From NCBI GenBank assembly GCA_951406725.2, contig OX597814.1, positions 129,270,001-129,334,000 on the forward strand: a DNA stretch of 64,000 bases, written 5' to 3'. Made by a program: the position numbers and the translations under genes. Of this stretch, positions 25,334 through 38,904 are shown piece after piece. The stretch comes from Octopus vulgaris. Its lineage: Eukaryota. Positions within the stretch are counted from its first letter, which is position 1. The number at the start of each line of letters is the position of its first letter. The notes under the pieces were generated by a model. The model was not told the DNA's origin. It saw nothing but the letters and a program-made list of their open reading frames with translations, and did not search any database.

Positions 25334-27606
25334 GTTTGTTTTCCATTTCATTTTGTTGAAATTATTCTTTGCTGTTTTTTCCTTTTGCCTTTCTTTTGTT
25401 GTGGATGTGGAATTTTTTGTGATTGAAACTAAGTTGAATTCATATATTTATCACATTTTATTTTAGCTGATTTAGTCTTTTGCTACTTTGAGTTTTGCCA
25501 ATAGATGCCCAGGTGGTACCTTACTTGAAGCTCCTGTACACCTACAAGTAAAACCAGAATATATATACAGAGCAAATAATTCACGAAGATATCATTGACT
25601 CTATTATTATCTAGTGTAAATTTAAAAATTTTAAAATGATAATGACATAATCAATAATATAGGCGATTGCAGGCCCAAAAATAAAAAGCATTAAATAGTG
25701 GAAGGATTAAAATTAATCAAAGGACTTTCTAAGTATGTCTACCTATTGGAAATAAGTCAAAACTCTTCTTTTTGCAATTTAAATAAGAGTTTTGACTCTT
25801 ATTTCCAGCAGGTAGACATGCTTAGTATGTCCTTTGATTAATTATATATGTATATATATTATCCAAAGCATACAATATTATATCCATTACAGCTGTTCTT
25901 TATATATATAAACCATAAAAGGTCTGGAGGTTTCGGTAGTGAATATATTTATTATTTAACCACTGTTTCGAAGCTGTCATCATGTAATACTAATTTTAGT
26001 ATGTAATGAATTACATTTACATGTCTGCAGTTATGCATAATGCAATTGCATATTTAAAAATCAGTGCAGATGAAGAAAGCCCATCAGGTCACCAGAACAT
26101 CATGGTTGTAGCAATGCTTCAATTCTGACTTTTTATGATTTATATACTCCTCAGGAAATTATCTCACGAATTGGACCTCTTGAATTTCAACAGCATAGAA
26201 TTCTGCATTATACTCCTCCATACTGGATTACTATGTGGTCTGATAGCTGAGTCCAGTAGAGAAGCTTCCTGTGTTATACACATGATTCTATGAATCCATA
26301 TGTTTCTCTACAAATATATGTATGTGTATGTGTGAAATCACACATGATTGCAACATGTAGCTGCTCTTCAATCTGCTTCAAACTTTTTGCTATAATATCA
26401 ATTCAGAGAATTTTCCGTACTTCTGTTATCACTCATGCATGTACATGGGTACATGCATGCAAACACACACACACACACACTCACTCACTCTCGCACACGC
26501 TCTCTCTCTCTCTCTGCTGCCAGTTCTACTTATTTCCTGGTAATCACCAACAGCTTCCCAACTTCATTTAGTGATAACTTTTCTCTCTTCACTATCATTT
26601 AAGTTTTAAGTCCTCTCTCTATCTTTTCCTTTTCCCTTCCTCGATGATAACCGGGTTTATAATGAGATTCTGATAACCTGTTAACCAGTCACCAAAATAA
26701 CCTATTTCCTACAAATGTGGATTAAAACTCTTTCCTTCCTTTTAATCAGGATTACTGTTATCTGTTGAAGAATCTTTCTTTAAACATGGGTTAAGGTTTA
26801 CTAACTGAATCTCAACGTTCTCACTGAGAATTTTTATCTCTCAGTACTTTTTAAGAACTGGTTATGCTCTGAATTCTATATATCAGCAACAGAAGAGAGG
26901 AATACTTTCAGAAATAGGTCAAAGAGTTTGTCTAGTTTATTTAATAGGCACCATCATGGCTTCATGGTTAAAAAGCTGGCTTTGCAACCACGATGTACCT
27001 TTGGTAAGTGTCTTCTGCTATAGCCTCAGGCCGACCAAAGGCTTCTGAGTGGATTTGCTTGATGGAAACTAAAAGAAGCCCAGCATATGTGTATAAATAT
27101 ATGTGTGTTTGTCCCCGCCCCCCACAGTTTGATAACTGGTGTTGGTGTGTTTACGTCTTCTGTAACCTAGCTGTTTGGCAAAAGAGATTGATAAAATAAG
27201 TACCAGGCTTTAAAAAAAATAAATCCTGGGGTTGATTTGTTCAACTAAAAGCCCTTCAAAATTTACTTTTTACTTGTTTGGGTCATTATACTGTGGCCAT
27301 GCTGGGGTTTCACCTTGAACAATTTGAGTCGAATGAATTGACCATAGTACTTATTTTATTTTCAAGCCTGTCTCTATCTATCTCTATTCTATCGGTCTCT
27401 TTTGCCAAACTGCTCAGTTATGAGAACATAAACACATCAGCAAGCAGTGGGCAGGGCAGACACAGACACAAAAAGACACACACACACACAACTGTCTTCT
27501 TTCAATTTCTGTCTACCAAATCCACTCACAAGGCTTTGGTCAGCTTGATGCTATTGTAGAAAACACCTGCCCAAGATGTCACATCATGGGACTGAGAAAC
27601 AAGCTC

Positions 27607-28024
27607 CTTATTTCTTTATTGCTCACAAGGGGCTAAACATAGAGGGGACAAACAAGGACAGACAAAGAGATTAAATAGATTACATTGACCCCAGTGTGTA
27701 ACTGGTATTTAATTTATCAACCCCAAAAGGATGAAAGGCAAAGTCAACCTTGGCGGAATTTGAAGTTAGAATGTAACGGCAGACGAAATACCTATTTCTT
27801 TACTACCCACAAGGGGCTAAACATAGAGGGAACAAACAAGAGCAGACAAACAGATTAAGCCAATTATATCGACCCCAGTGCGTAACTGGTACTTAATTTA
27901 TAAACCCCAAAAACAAGGAAAGGCAAAGTCAACCTTGGCGGAATTTGAACTCAGAACATAGTGGCAGACGAAATACCGCTAAGCATTTTGCCCGGTGTGC
28001 TAACGATTCTGCCAGCTCACCGCC
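27607..28024 (-). mobile_element. SINE family C, tandem dimer
   Basis: Two head-to-tail units. Confidence 0.8.
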
Positions 28025-28248
28025 TGCAAGCTTCCTGCCACACTGCAATACCTATGCCTCTCTCTCTCTCTCTCTATTTATATATATAGAGAGCTTACAA
28101 ATCCATTTACAGTGAGGTTATTGAGATTATAATACATTTGTTACATCAAATAAATTCAATCATTCATGCATTATACTGCTTTTGAAAATTTACAGTTCTT
28201 CCATGGTTATCACATTTATTTAATTTTTTCATTTTCTCTTTTTTATAG

Positions 28249-28326
28249 AATCTGTTCTTCCAAGTTCTGGAACATTTGTTGTCAAATTACCTCGAAGATC
28301 ATATGGCCTAGGAATCACTGTCAATG
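28249..28326 (+). CDS. GRIP1: GRIP-like exon E, start of PDZ5: ESVLPSSGTFVVKLPRRSYGLGITVN
   Basis: ttttatAG acceptor, GTaaat donor; 78 nt; matches GRIP ESVIPSSGTFHVKLP and a GLGI loop. Confidence 0.93.
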
Positions 28327-28580
28327 GTAAATATTCATTTTTTTTTATTTCTACCACTTTGAAATGTTTTACACAGATTTATATGCTGATGGATGAATAT
28401 GTGTGTGTGTATATATATGTATGTAAGTATATCTGTGTACGTATGTATATACATGTATGTATATACATATATATATATGTGTGTGTGTGTGTATATATAT
28501 ATATAAATATATATATGTGTATATATATATAAATATATATGGGTATATATATATATATATAATATATATATATATGTGTG

Positions 28581-28611
<31 letters not shown>

Positions 28612-29079
28612 GTGTATATATATATATATAAATATATATATGTTTGTGTATATATATATATATATGTATGTATTAATCGAAGTGTACAGTATTATCTATC
28701 CATTACAGCTAATCTTACCATTGGGGGTTCAATGGAGTGTTAGGTAACAGTCCGATTATGTAACATTGCACTCAATAGAGGTGGCCATTATGTAATGAAA
28801 TATGGTGACTGCTCTCTAAGAGAGTGCAAAGTTGATTGGTAAGATCAGCTATAATGGATATATAATGCTGTACACTTCGATTAATATGACAACTCTACTA
28901 TATAAATGACATATATATGGGTGCATTTTTTCCTGACTTATAGACTCTTAGCTTACACACACACACACACACACACATCATAGACGGACAATCCTTTGAC
29001 AGACAACTTACAGACAGGACAATTGTAAGGTATAGTGCAGAGTCCTGTTGCCAGACAGGTGCTTTAAAAGTAGAAGAAC

Positions 29080-29444
29080 GTCTTCCAGGGACATTCTTCT
29101 ACTTTTAAAGCACCTGTGCCACTCAAAACTTTGTGTACAACCCATTGCCTCATTGCTGTAAGCTTGCTGAAGCAAGCTCAGTGTCTCTGTAGAAGACTTC
29201 CCAAATCTAATGCAAAATTTCACACTAGCTCTTTGCTCCAACTTCCTGTCCTTAACAACAAATTGCAGACTACATCATGCATGTGACCACAAAGACACGA
29301 ATTTCTCAACTTGCAAAGTAAACATGATATCACTCAACACTCTGCCTCATGAAGGTCACTACTAGCTCCCACTGCATGCAACCATGGGCTGCTTTCTGTT
29401 GGAATGCTACAGAAGTAGCTCAGGAACTTTTTGATGCCATCTCG
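29080..29444 (-). mobile_element. Mariner remnant with one TIR
   Basis: MEQRASVKFCIRFGKSSTETLSLLQQAYSNEAMGCTQSFEWHRCFKSRRMSLED (mariner HTH); end TA|CGAGATGGCATCAAAAAGTTCC on the minus strand. Confidence 0.8.
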
Positions 29445-29780
29445 TACAGCTCATCTGAACATCAGTGTGACAAGTTGAGTATCTTTATTTCAGTGTAGAA
29501 CAAATACAATTAGAGTCCCTGATTAAAGAGCACCAGATTTTGGGGTTCTTTATCACCATTTAGATCACTTGCTGATAAAGTCTCATAAAAGATACATACA
29601 TATGTGCATACATAAGTTGCAGGTGTGGCTGTCGTTGAGAAAGTTACTTTACCATAACATGGTCTTGTGTTGTATTCCCTCTGTGTGGTACCTTGGGCAA
29701 GTATCTTCTAGTATAGCTCTTGACAAACCAAAGCCTTATGAGTGGATTTGGTTGATGGAAACTGAAAGAATAAATGATGT

Positions 29781-30126
29781 AAACAAGAGCACTCAGAGCC
29801 TCTGCCAAGTCAACACCAACATCCTCCCTGAAATGATTTCTAAATGAGAATATCTGAAACAAACTCGACTGCTCTCACGACTGAAAATACCAAAAATGAG
29901 CATGACAGCTCTCAAAACTTAAGTAAAAAAACTTGGAAAAATAATCCAGAATCCTTGTCTGGTACCCGATTGATTCCAAAATTTAATCAGTTCATGCCAG
30001 TCACGAGGCCAAAAATCCCTGAAAGTTTCATTCGAATCCATCTAGTGGTTCTTGAGATATCTTGTCCACAAACAAACAAACATGACTGGAAACAATACTT
30101 CCGCATTAGCGAAGGCGGAGGTAATA
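29781..30126 (+). mobile_element. Helentron/DINE-like non-autonomous element
   Basis: Starts AACAAGAG, has (CAAA)n near the 3' end and terminal hairpin cttccgc..gcggagg followed by taata; nested in a degraded SINE B. Confidence 0.55.
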
Positions 30127-30829
30127 ATATGTGTATATGTTTGTGTCCTTGTCTTGGCATTGTGTGATAGGCATGAGTCACTGTCACACAAACAGTGTCA
30201 TTCATTTCCAGTGTTTTGTGAACATGTGTGACCATGAGGGGGGTGGGATATTACCACACTTCGAAACAGGTGAGGGTTGGCAACAGAGAGGTCATACAGC
30301 CATAGAAAATTTACCTCAATAAACTCCATCTGACTCTCATATAAACATGAAAAAGTGGATGCTAAAACAGCGATGCTGGTGATAAAGTCATTGATCAAAT
30401 CAAGGCTTTGGTAGGAGGGATTTACCCAAGATGTCATGTGGAAGGATCAAACCAGGAACTACCAATTGCTAAGTAAATTTCTAAAAACCACACAGCCAAG
30501 GAATCAAAAGGAAGATGGGACTAAATATCAGTGTCTGGCAAAACAACAGAGTATCTGCCATTCCACTTCCATAATATATAAACAAATAAATAGACTAAGT
30601 TTACCTTCAGGCTACCTTTCACTGACTTTCAGACTTAATTCCTTGTAATTTGCCAATTATTTCATTGCTGCTGTTTCCTCCTCTGGCTGTTATGGAATAA
30701 AAAACAGGTTTGAAACATTAAGAAACGTTAAACCCCTTTTTTCCTGCTTAATACTGGCTTATGGCAACTTAAATTTGTATCAAAAATAAGAACAAAAATA
30801 GAAATTGTCACTTTGGAATGGTGATTACC

Positions 30830-31320
30830 ATAACTGCTATCCCTACTATCAACATCATCGTCATCATGATAAAGATCATTATAACCATCATAAATATCAT
30901 CATCATCAATACCACCACAACCACCACCATCATCGTTATCATCATCATAAACATCATTATCATGATAATCACCACCACCACTATCACTATCATGTATCAC
31001 TCGTTGCCTCCATCATTCTAAATATCATCATAATCATCATTATCATGAATAATATCATTGTCATAAACAGCATCGTTATCAATATTGTTACCATTCTTAT
31101 AAACATAGTAATCATCATTTTCATCAATATTGTCTTCATAAATGCTTCACCATCATCATTATAAACATCATAAACATCATTATTATCATAAATATCATCA
31201 ACATGACTATTGCTTCAAGAATAACTACCATTGGAAACACTGTTATTTCTATCACCATTATCACCACTCCACACTATCATCATCATAATCATAAACAGCA
31301 TCACTCTCACCACAAAAAGA
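30830..31320. repeat. Degenerate (CAT/CAC/AAT)n low-complexity tract
   Basis: Directly visible trinucleotide-derived sequence. Confidence 0.9.
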
Positions 31321-31763
31321 ACTACCCCATTATTCACTCGTATTCGGATTACAAGAAAAAAAAAAAGAAAGAAACTGAAGCCAATTTATTCCTAGAATTC
31401 AATAAAAATCTCATGCCAAAAGATGGCAATGAAAAAAAAAATGTTGCACTTTCACTGTTAAAGATGTGATCTGAAACTCAAACACTACAAAAGTAGTTAG
31501 CCATTATTAAACCATCTCGTAATAAGGAAGAACAATGCCTACCATGGGAAACAAAGTGCACACAGACACAGTTGTGTTTCAGTTTTTTGGTCCATGTTAA
31601 TTGACTATTGCAAATAAATAGACGCAGAAATTACTGATATATGTACAGATCATAATCCATTCCGTATGGTGCCTTTCAATATACAGCTAATTCTACTCAT
31701 CTAAATATGCTGTGATGAGATGAGATGCTTTCAACTAGAATTACAACATTGAACTTCTATTAA

Positions 31764-31953
31764 CCCTTTTGTTACCAACCTGGCTGAAACTGGCTCTGGT
31801 TCTGAGTACAAATGTCTTGTTTTCATTAGTTTTGAATTAAAATCTTCCACGAAACCTTAGTCACAATTTATGTTCCTAACACTAGCTTAATGATAATTGA
31901 GTTATTTTGCCAAATTTTTTGTTGTATTTAAAGTAATTGAAAGAAAAACAGAG
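31764..31953. mobile_element. piggyBac-type MITE, 3'-truncated copy
   Basis: TTAA then CCCTTTTGTTAC; aligns to 23368-23558, then switches into SINE B at a GAG microhomology. Confidence 0.75.
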
Positions 31954-32470
31954 TGGATTTGGTAGACGGAAACTGAAAGAAGCCTACGTGTCGTTATTCT
32001 ACCAAATATTTACGTTTTATTTATTATTTTGCACTTTACTTTATCATCGTTATATTTTTTTATCTTATATTTAATCTTTCTATAATATGTAATTTTCTAT
32101 ATGGCGTAATTTAATTTTTCATTATTGAATTGATAAAAGGTGTTTTTTTTCTAATTTATGTGCGTGTGTGTGTGTGTTTGTATGGCTGTGTTTATAGAGA
32201 TTCCCTGTTGAAGATACACGTTCACAGCCCAGTAAATTTGTCTGAACTTCTGAAAAATACTACCAATTCCTCTGCTATTGCGCATAATCCATGGTGGTGC
32301 TCCAGCATGACTGCAGCCGCACGGCTGAAATGATAAAAAAAAAATAAAAGACTATTCTGTTTCTTCTTTTTCTTCTTTATTCTCTCCAGGAAATGATTCT
32401 TGTTTTCCTGTGTTTTCGCACCTTCATGAAATGATTAACTTTTATCTATTCTGGTTTTCTTCATTTGTAG

Positions 32471-32540
32471 CACCAAACAATCGCAAACCTACCGATCCAT
32501 TAATAATTACAGATGTCAGGCGTGGAAGCGTGGCAAACAG
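32471..32540 (+). CDS. GRIP1: GRIP-like exon F, PDZ5 middle: APNNRKPTDPLIITDVRRGSVANR
   Basis: tttgtAG acceptor, GTgaga donor; 70 nt; matches GRIP [20 protein letters not shown]. Confidence 0.92.
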
Positions 32541-32795
32541 GTGAGAGATGGTTCACTATAAACATATGTCGACAGAATTAAGCATTAACCATTGTTTCCT
32601 TTAAACAAACCTCTTTCCATTATTATCCCAGTGTATTTTCACCGAAAATGTCAAAAATAATAATCATCAAGTATGATTATAAGAGAGCTATTTTCGTATG
32701 TAATCTAAATGTTATTTATCTAATATACTTTGTGTTGCTCTTGTAGCCATTTTCTACACTTATTCTATCATTCAGTAGCTTTTAGCTCTCTTGTG

Positions 32796-32830
<35 letters not shown>

Positions 32831-32834
<4 letters not shown>

Positions 32835-33085
32835 GTAGAAGTGGCTGTGTGGTAAGTAGCTTGCTTACCAACCACATGGTTCCAGGTTCAGTCCCACTGC
32901 ATGGCACCATGGGCAAGTGTCTTCTACTATAGCCTCGGGCCGACCAAAGCCTTGTGAGTGGATTTGGTAGACGGAAACTGAAAGAAGCCTGTCATATATG
33001 TGTGTGTGTATGTTTGTGTGTCTGATTTTGCCCCCCCCCCCAATCATCGCTTAACAACCGATGCTGGTGTGCTTATGTCCCCATA
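32831..33085 (+). mobile_element. SINE family B, 3'-truncated
   Basis: A/B boxes and body match the consensus. Confidence 0.8.
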
Positions 33086-33090
33086 TCTTA

Positions 33091-33310
33091 ATAGGGATTT
33101 TCATAGAAACAAGCACCTTTTTGATGTAAATAATTTTTGGTGTTAACATGGTCCGATTTGAATTTTTTCTTCTACGGAAGGAAGAGCAAGCCTTCTCCTA
33201 TCATACTCTCAATTTTGGTCAACTTGCGCCGCAGGGTCTCGGAGGAGATAGTGTTAGTCGAAAGCTACCAAACCTGCCATACACAGACAACTTCAGCTTT
33301 ATATAAATAT
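33091..33310 (-). mobile_element. Truncated Helitron copy (5' half)
   Basis: Reverse complement of about 6445-6665. Confidence 0.8.
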
Positions 33311-34419
33311 ATATATATTTATGAGGTGTTTGGAAACTTTACAATACACTTTATTCTTTCACTTGTAAGCCATCTTATAAATGATTAAAAACAAAAAACA
33401 TCCTCAAGAAAGAATCAAGCCCCACCACTTCCACCACCACCACCATCATTGGCTTGCTCACATCCCCCCATATTCTTATTACCAGTTATTCCAGATTATG
33501 TTAGATGATGATATATTTCTTCCAACTCTTATTCAGATCTATCCCAGATGCTTCTTATTACCATTACTAAAACTAAAAACAAAATACTAATAAAATAACA
33601 AAGCATTTTATTGAATATTTAATGATTTCTGGGAGGAAAATCCTTTTTTTTCTTTAATATTTAGAAAAAAAATTTTATGAATTTTTTTGCAGTTTTGGTT
33701 CTGGATTTTATTAAATATTTCTTTTCTGTTCTTAATTTTTTTCTCTGCAGTATTCTATAATCAATTTGTTTTTCATCTTTAACTACATTCAAGGATTCAA
33801 ATACAAAATCCCTTGAAGGGCATTTTCTTTGTGTTTTTTCTTTTTTTCTTTTTACTTCTATTTCAATGCATTTTTTTTATTGATAATATACTCATGCAAA
33901 CATATGTTAAAAGATCTTAACATACAAACACACATGCATACATGTTCACTCACAGAATACAACACACATACCACACACACACGCACACACAAGCATATAC
34001 CAAAATGCACATTCATGCACACAAACAGGTGTATATAAATACATTAGCTGTTAAACATGAAATATACATGTGTATACATGTTTTAAAACTGATTGCCAAA
34101 CATGCTCACACATGGAAACAAACACATACTAAGACGCATCTACATATACATACACACAAACAAATACTAAAGGATATTGACAAATAATGCACAAACCCAC
34201 ACACAGTGCAGTAGATTCACACTTGTGCATGCACACACATGCAGGTTCATCATACATTCGCATACAAAGGTGCACTAAAATATATACACATAAACACAAA
34301 CATATTTAAAGATATTAACCCTTTAATACAGCACATACACAGTCAGTCACGAATTCACACATATTCTCTCTCTCTTACAAATACAAGCACATTCAAATAT
34401 AAAAACATATATGTATAGA

Positions 34420-34578
34420 TGCAGGCATGACTGTGTGACAGAAAGTTTGCTTCCCAACCACATAATTCTGGGTTCAGTTCCATTGTGTGGCACCTTGGGC
34501 AAATGTCTTCCACGATAGCCTCAGGCTGACCAAAGCCTTGTGAGTGGATTTGATAGACAGAAACTGAAAGAAGCCTGT

Positions 34579-34618
<40 letters not shown>

Positions 34619-35025
34619 GGAGTGGCTGTGTGGTAGGTACCTTGCTTACCAACCACATGGTTCCGGGTTCAATCCCATTGCGTGACACCTTGGGCAAGTG
34701 TCTTCTACTATAACCTTGGGCCGACCAAAGTCTTGTGTGTGGATTTGGTTGACGGAAACTGAAAGAAGCCCATCGTATGTATGTACATATATATATATAT
34801 GTCTGTATGTGTGTGTATATGTTTATCTGTTTTTGTTCACTCAACATTGCTTGACAATCGATGCTGGTGTGTTTACGTCCCCGTAACTTAGCAGTTCGGC
34901 AAAAGAGACCGATAGAATAAGTCCTAGGCTTACAAAGAATAAATCCTGGGGTCAATTTGCTTGACTAAAGGCGGTGCTCCAGAATGGCCACAGCCAAATG
35001 ACTGAAACAAGTAAAAGAATAAAAG
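34420..35025 (+). mobile_element. SINE family B, partial plus full tandem copies
   Basis: Head fragment 34420-34580, then full copy 34618-35025. Confidence 0.8.
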
Positions 35026-35206
35026 AGCTTCAAGATTCATGCTGTACAGAGTCAGGTACAGTCAATCATTTACATAAAGTGAATATTTTTCTACCCAACC
35101 TGGTGCCTTACCATTTAAGTGCCTGATTCATTCATATCCTGATTATATATATAGTCTTTCAGTCTTTTACTTGTTTCAGTCATTTGACTGTGGCCATGCT
35201 GGAGCA

Positions 35207-35256
<50 letters not shown>

Positions 35257-35736
35257 GGGAGCAGAGCGTCGAAGGATATAAGCAATGGCAAGAAAACTGT
35301 AAAAACTGGTGCTCTTGAAGTATTTGTTTTGCACTGCATTATAGATGCTCTCTTATCACTTCTTCCATTAAAAATGTACTGAACTAACGATTGACACTCT
35401 GGGAACCTGTGACTAATGATGCCATTGTTTGCAAATTGTGACAGCAAATTTTTTCGCTTCATAAAATGCGCTTGTGTCAGTATCTTTTAATATATGTATG
35501 TATGTCTTTTATTGTGTGTGCGTGTGTATTTTAAAATGTATGCACCCACAGAGCTTTTCCTCTGGATGTGTGAATATATTCACATGTGTATAAGTAATGT
35601 AGTGCTTTTAATAAATGTTTGTATAATTTGTCTTTGCAGCGGATTTAAAATTTGTTTCTCTTGAAATACGTACATCTGTAATTGCATTAAGTTGCTCCTG
35701 TAATGTATGTATATATGATGGTCAAACATGTGTGTG

Positions 35737-35775
<39 letters not shown>

Positions 35776-35949
35776 AAATATTGTGTACATTAAAACACAT
35801 CAAGGGGCTTCCAAATAGGAAAGTTTTGTGCTAGAAAGAGCAGTAGAAAACTCAAACCACTAATTAGGGATAAATTCTCGAAAGGGATGAAAATTAAAAA
35901 TGTTTACCATCTCATTTAGTTCCTAGACCATGGTCTTATTACCCTAATG

Positions 35950-35992
<43 letters not shown>

Positions 35993-37065
35993 CATACATA
36001 CATACATACATGTGTATCAGCATCATTATGTACATGTTACTAAAAGTATATTTATGTATATTTTGCTGCACATGTCAATGTTTTTGGGCTTGTATATATG
36101 TACATGTGTGTTTTGTTTTAGTAATATGGTCTGTATATAAAGGCATGTGTTTTAGAAAAGTGTGGGTGTGTATATTTTAGCATGTGTGTGTATGTTTTAG
36201 TGAAAGTATGTATGTGCATATACAATGTATTTTAGTGTGGGTGTTTATGCATGTTTCAAAGAATGTGTGTATATGTGTATTTAAGTGTATATCAATATAA
36301 TACTGCACATGTGTGTATGCGTAAGATCACTTGTCAAGAAATTTATTTTTAAACTGCTTACTCAGCAAATTTTAGCTTTGTATAATCTACTGACCAAACC
36401 CCTAAATGCTTGATTCCCAAACTTTTTCATAGTTCCCCTCCTATTCCACCCTATCCCGCCTCACAATCATGATTCCCACTAATTTTAAACTTCCCTTCCC
36501 AATCTGCCACTTTGGTTGAGAACTGTAACTGATGTGTTTGTAGGGGGTAGGGGCTTGTTCTTGTCTGTCATATGCCTTCTGTTCTTTAACCCTCTTTTTC
36601 TTCCTATCCAAAGCCATTCTTTGTCACCCACTTCCATAAACTTTCCTCATACTTTCTCCACAGCTACTCTTCAGATCTCTCTCATTCTCTCCCTGCTTCT
36701 ACTCTTACTACTGCTACAAACATTACTCTCCTCTCTCTCTCTCTCTCTCTGCTCTGAATTCTTAAGTTAAGTGGGTTAGTGGTGAGGGAGGGGTCGGAGA
36801 TCACTCAACTTGCTACCACTAGCACCCTTGGCATATTTAAAACTTTAACTAGACCTTCATCACTTTCTCTTTCTTCTTCCCATTCCTTCAGCCTTTTTTG
36901 TAATCCCTTTGGTGTTTTAACTACCACAATTACAAAACAGCCTCAGCTTCATGTCTGAACAAAACCACCCAAATTATTCTCTCTTTCAATGTCACAGCAA
37001 AGAATACTTTTCCATATCTCTCTCTCTCTCTCTCTCTCAAAATTGTATCATTTATATACACATGG

Positions 37066-37416
37066 CGCAGGAGTGGCTGTGTGATAAGTAATTGCTTTCA
37101 AACCACATGGTTCCGGGTTCAGTCCCACTGCATGGCACCTTGGGCAAGTATCTTCTACTATAGCCTTGGGCCAACCAAAGCCTTGTGAGTGGATTTGGCA
37201 AACGGAAACTGAAAGAAGCCCATCGTATATGTGTGGCACGTAAAAAACACCCACTACACTCGCGGAGTGGTTGGCGTTAGGAAGGGCATCCAGCTGTAGA
37301 AACAGTGCCAGATCTGACTGGGCCTGACGAAGCCTTCCAGCTTCACAGACCCCAGTTGACCCGTCCAACCCATGCTAGCATGGAAAGCGGACGCTAAATG
37401 ATGATGATGATGATGA

Positions 37417-37464
<48 letters not shown>

Positions 37465-37678
37465 GTGTATATGTTTGTGTGTCTGTGTTTGTCCCCCCCA
37501 ATATCACTTGACAACCATTACTGGTGTGTTTACGTCCCCGTAACTTAGCAGTTCAGCAAAAGAGACCGATAGAATAAGTACTAGGTTTACAAAGAATAAG
37601 TCCTGGGGTCGATTTGCTTGACTTAAGGTGGTGCTCCAGCATGGCCACAGTCAATTGACTGAAACAAGTAAAAGAGTC
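37066..37678 (+). mobile_element. SINE family B with nested RTE 3' UTR (37232-37420)
   Basis: SINE halves flank a family A insert at the internal TA tract. Confidence 0.8.
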
Positions 37679-38009
37679 TTTCAAGGAATACATTATCCAA
37701 TGTAGCTTGTTTTGTTTTTTTTAAGATGGATAGGTTTCATTTGAGGGAGATTATACTGCTATTTCTAGCAGGGCAAATAACTGAAAATGTTTCATTTTGT
37801 AGACTCTTATTTTTAGAATTTTATCATTCACGTTCTGTTAACCCACCTGTAACCAACTTTGCTTCCACAGTGCAAACTTCCTATTTTGAAGTGATGTGAT
37901 CTAAAACCTTCCAAGAAAAATTCATTTTAATTTATATTCCAAACACAAGCTTACTAATGATAAAGTCATTTTACTAATGTTTTTGTTATTTTCAATAATA
38001 ATTGAAACA

Positions 38010-38168
38010 AAGGAGTGGCTGTATGGTAAATAGCTTGCTTACGAACCACATAGTTCTGGGTTCACTCCCAATGCGTGGCACCTTGGGCAAGTGTCTTGTA
38101 CTATGGCCTCAGGCCAACCAAAGCCTTGTGAGTGGATTTGGTAGACGGAAACTGAAAGAAGCCTGCCG

Positions 38169-38213
<45 letters not shown>

Positions 38214-38642
38214 GTAAAATAATATGTGACAATTATTCAATAGCCAAGATAAAACTCTGAGTTTCGGATGCCGAGGTGGAAATCCACAACACCATCTCTT
38301 AATTGTCACATATTATTTTACAGATAAATTTCCTCTATTTACATAATATTGCGGTCTCTTTCTTTCTTTTGTTATCTTACCGTTTTTACCAATATATATA
38401 TATATGTATGTATGTGTGTGTGTGTGTATATGTTTGTGTGTCTGTATTTGTCCCTCCAACATTGCCTGACAACTGATGCTGGTGTGCTTACAACCCCCGT
38501 AACTTAGCGGTTCGGCGGCAAAAGAGACTGATACAATAAGTACTAGGCTTACAAAGAATAAGTCCTGAGGTCGATTTGTTCAACTAAAGGCAGTGCTCCA
38601 GCATGGCCACAGTCAAATGACTGAAACAAGTAAAAGAGTAAA
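38010..38642 (+). mobile_element. SINE family B with nested inverted-repeat element (38211-38395)
   Basis: SINE halves flank an insert in (TA)n. Confidence 0.75.
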
Positions 38643-38904
38643 GACAGTGCACTTTAATAGAAATATAGTAACCAGAGCCTGTTAAGACTGACTGATTTGC
38701 TAACAAATCAATGACTGAAAACAAATAATTTTTAATTCCTAGTAAATAATACTCTTTTCTGCTGTCCATAGCATAATTATATTTTCTCTTCTTATTTTGC
38801 TCATCCGTTTTACTCTTTGCATACCTACTGTAACTGGAAAACAAAAAGAATTATGTATTAATGTATTTTTGTTTCATATTTTTTTTATATTTTCAATTAC
38901 ACAG

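Noticed and set aside
30728-31469. His-, Asp- or Ile-rich ORFs
   Set aside because: Degenerate CAT trinucleotide tract open in several frames on both strands
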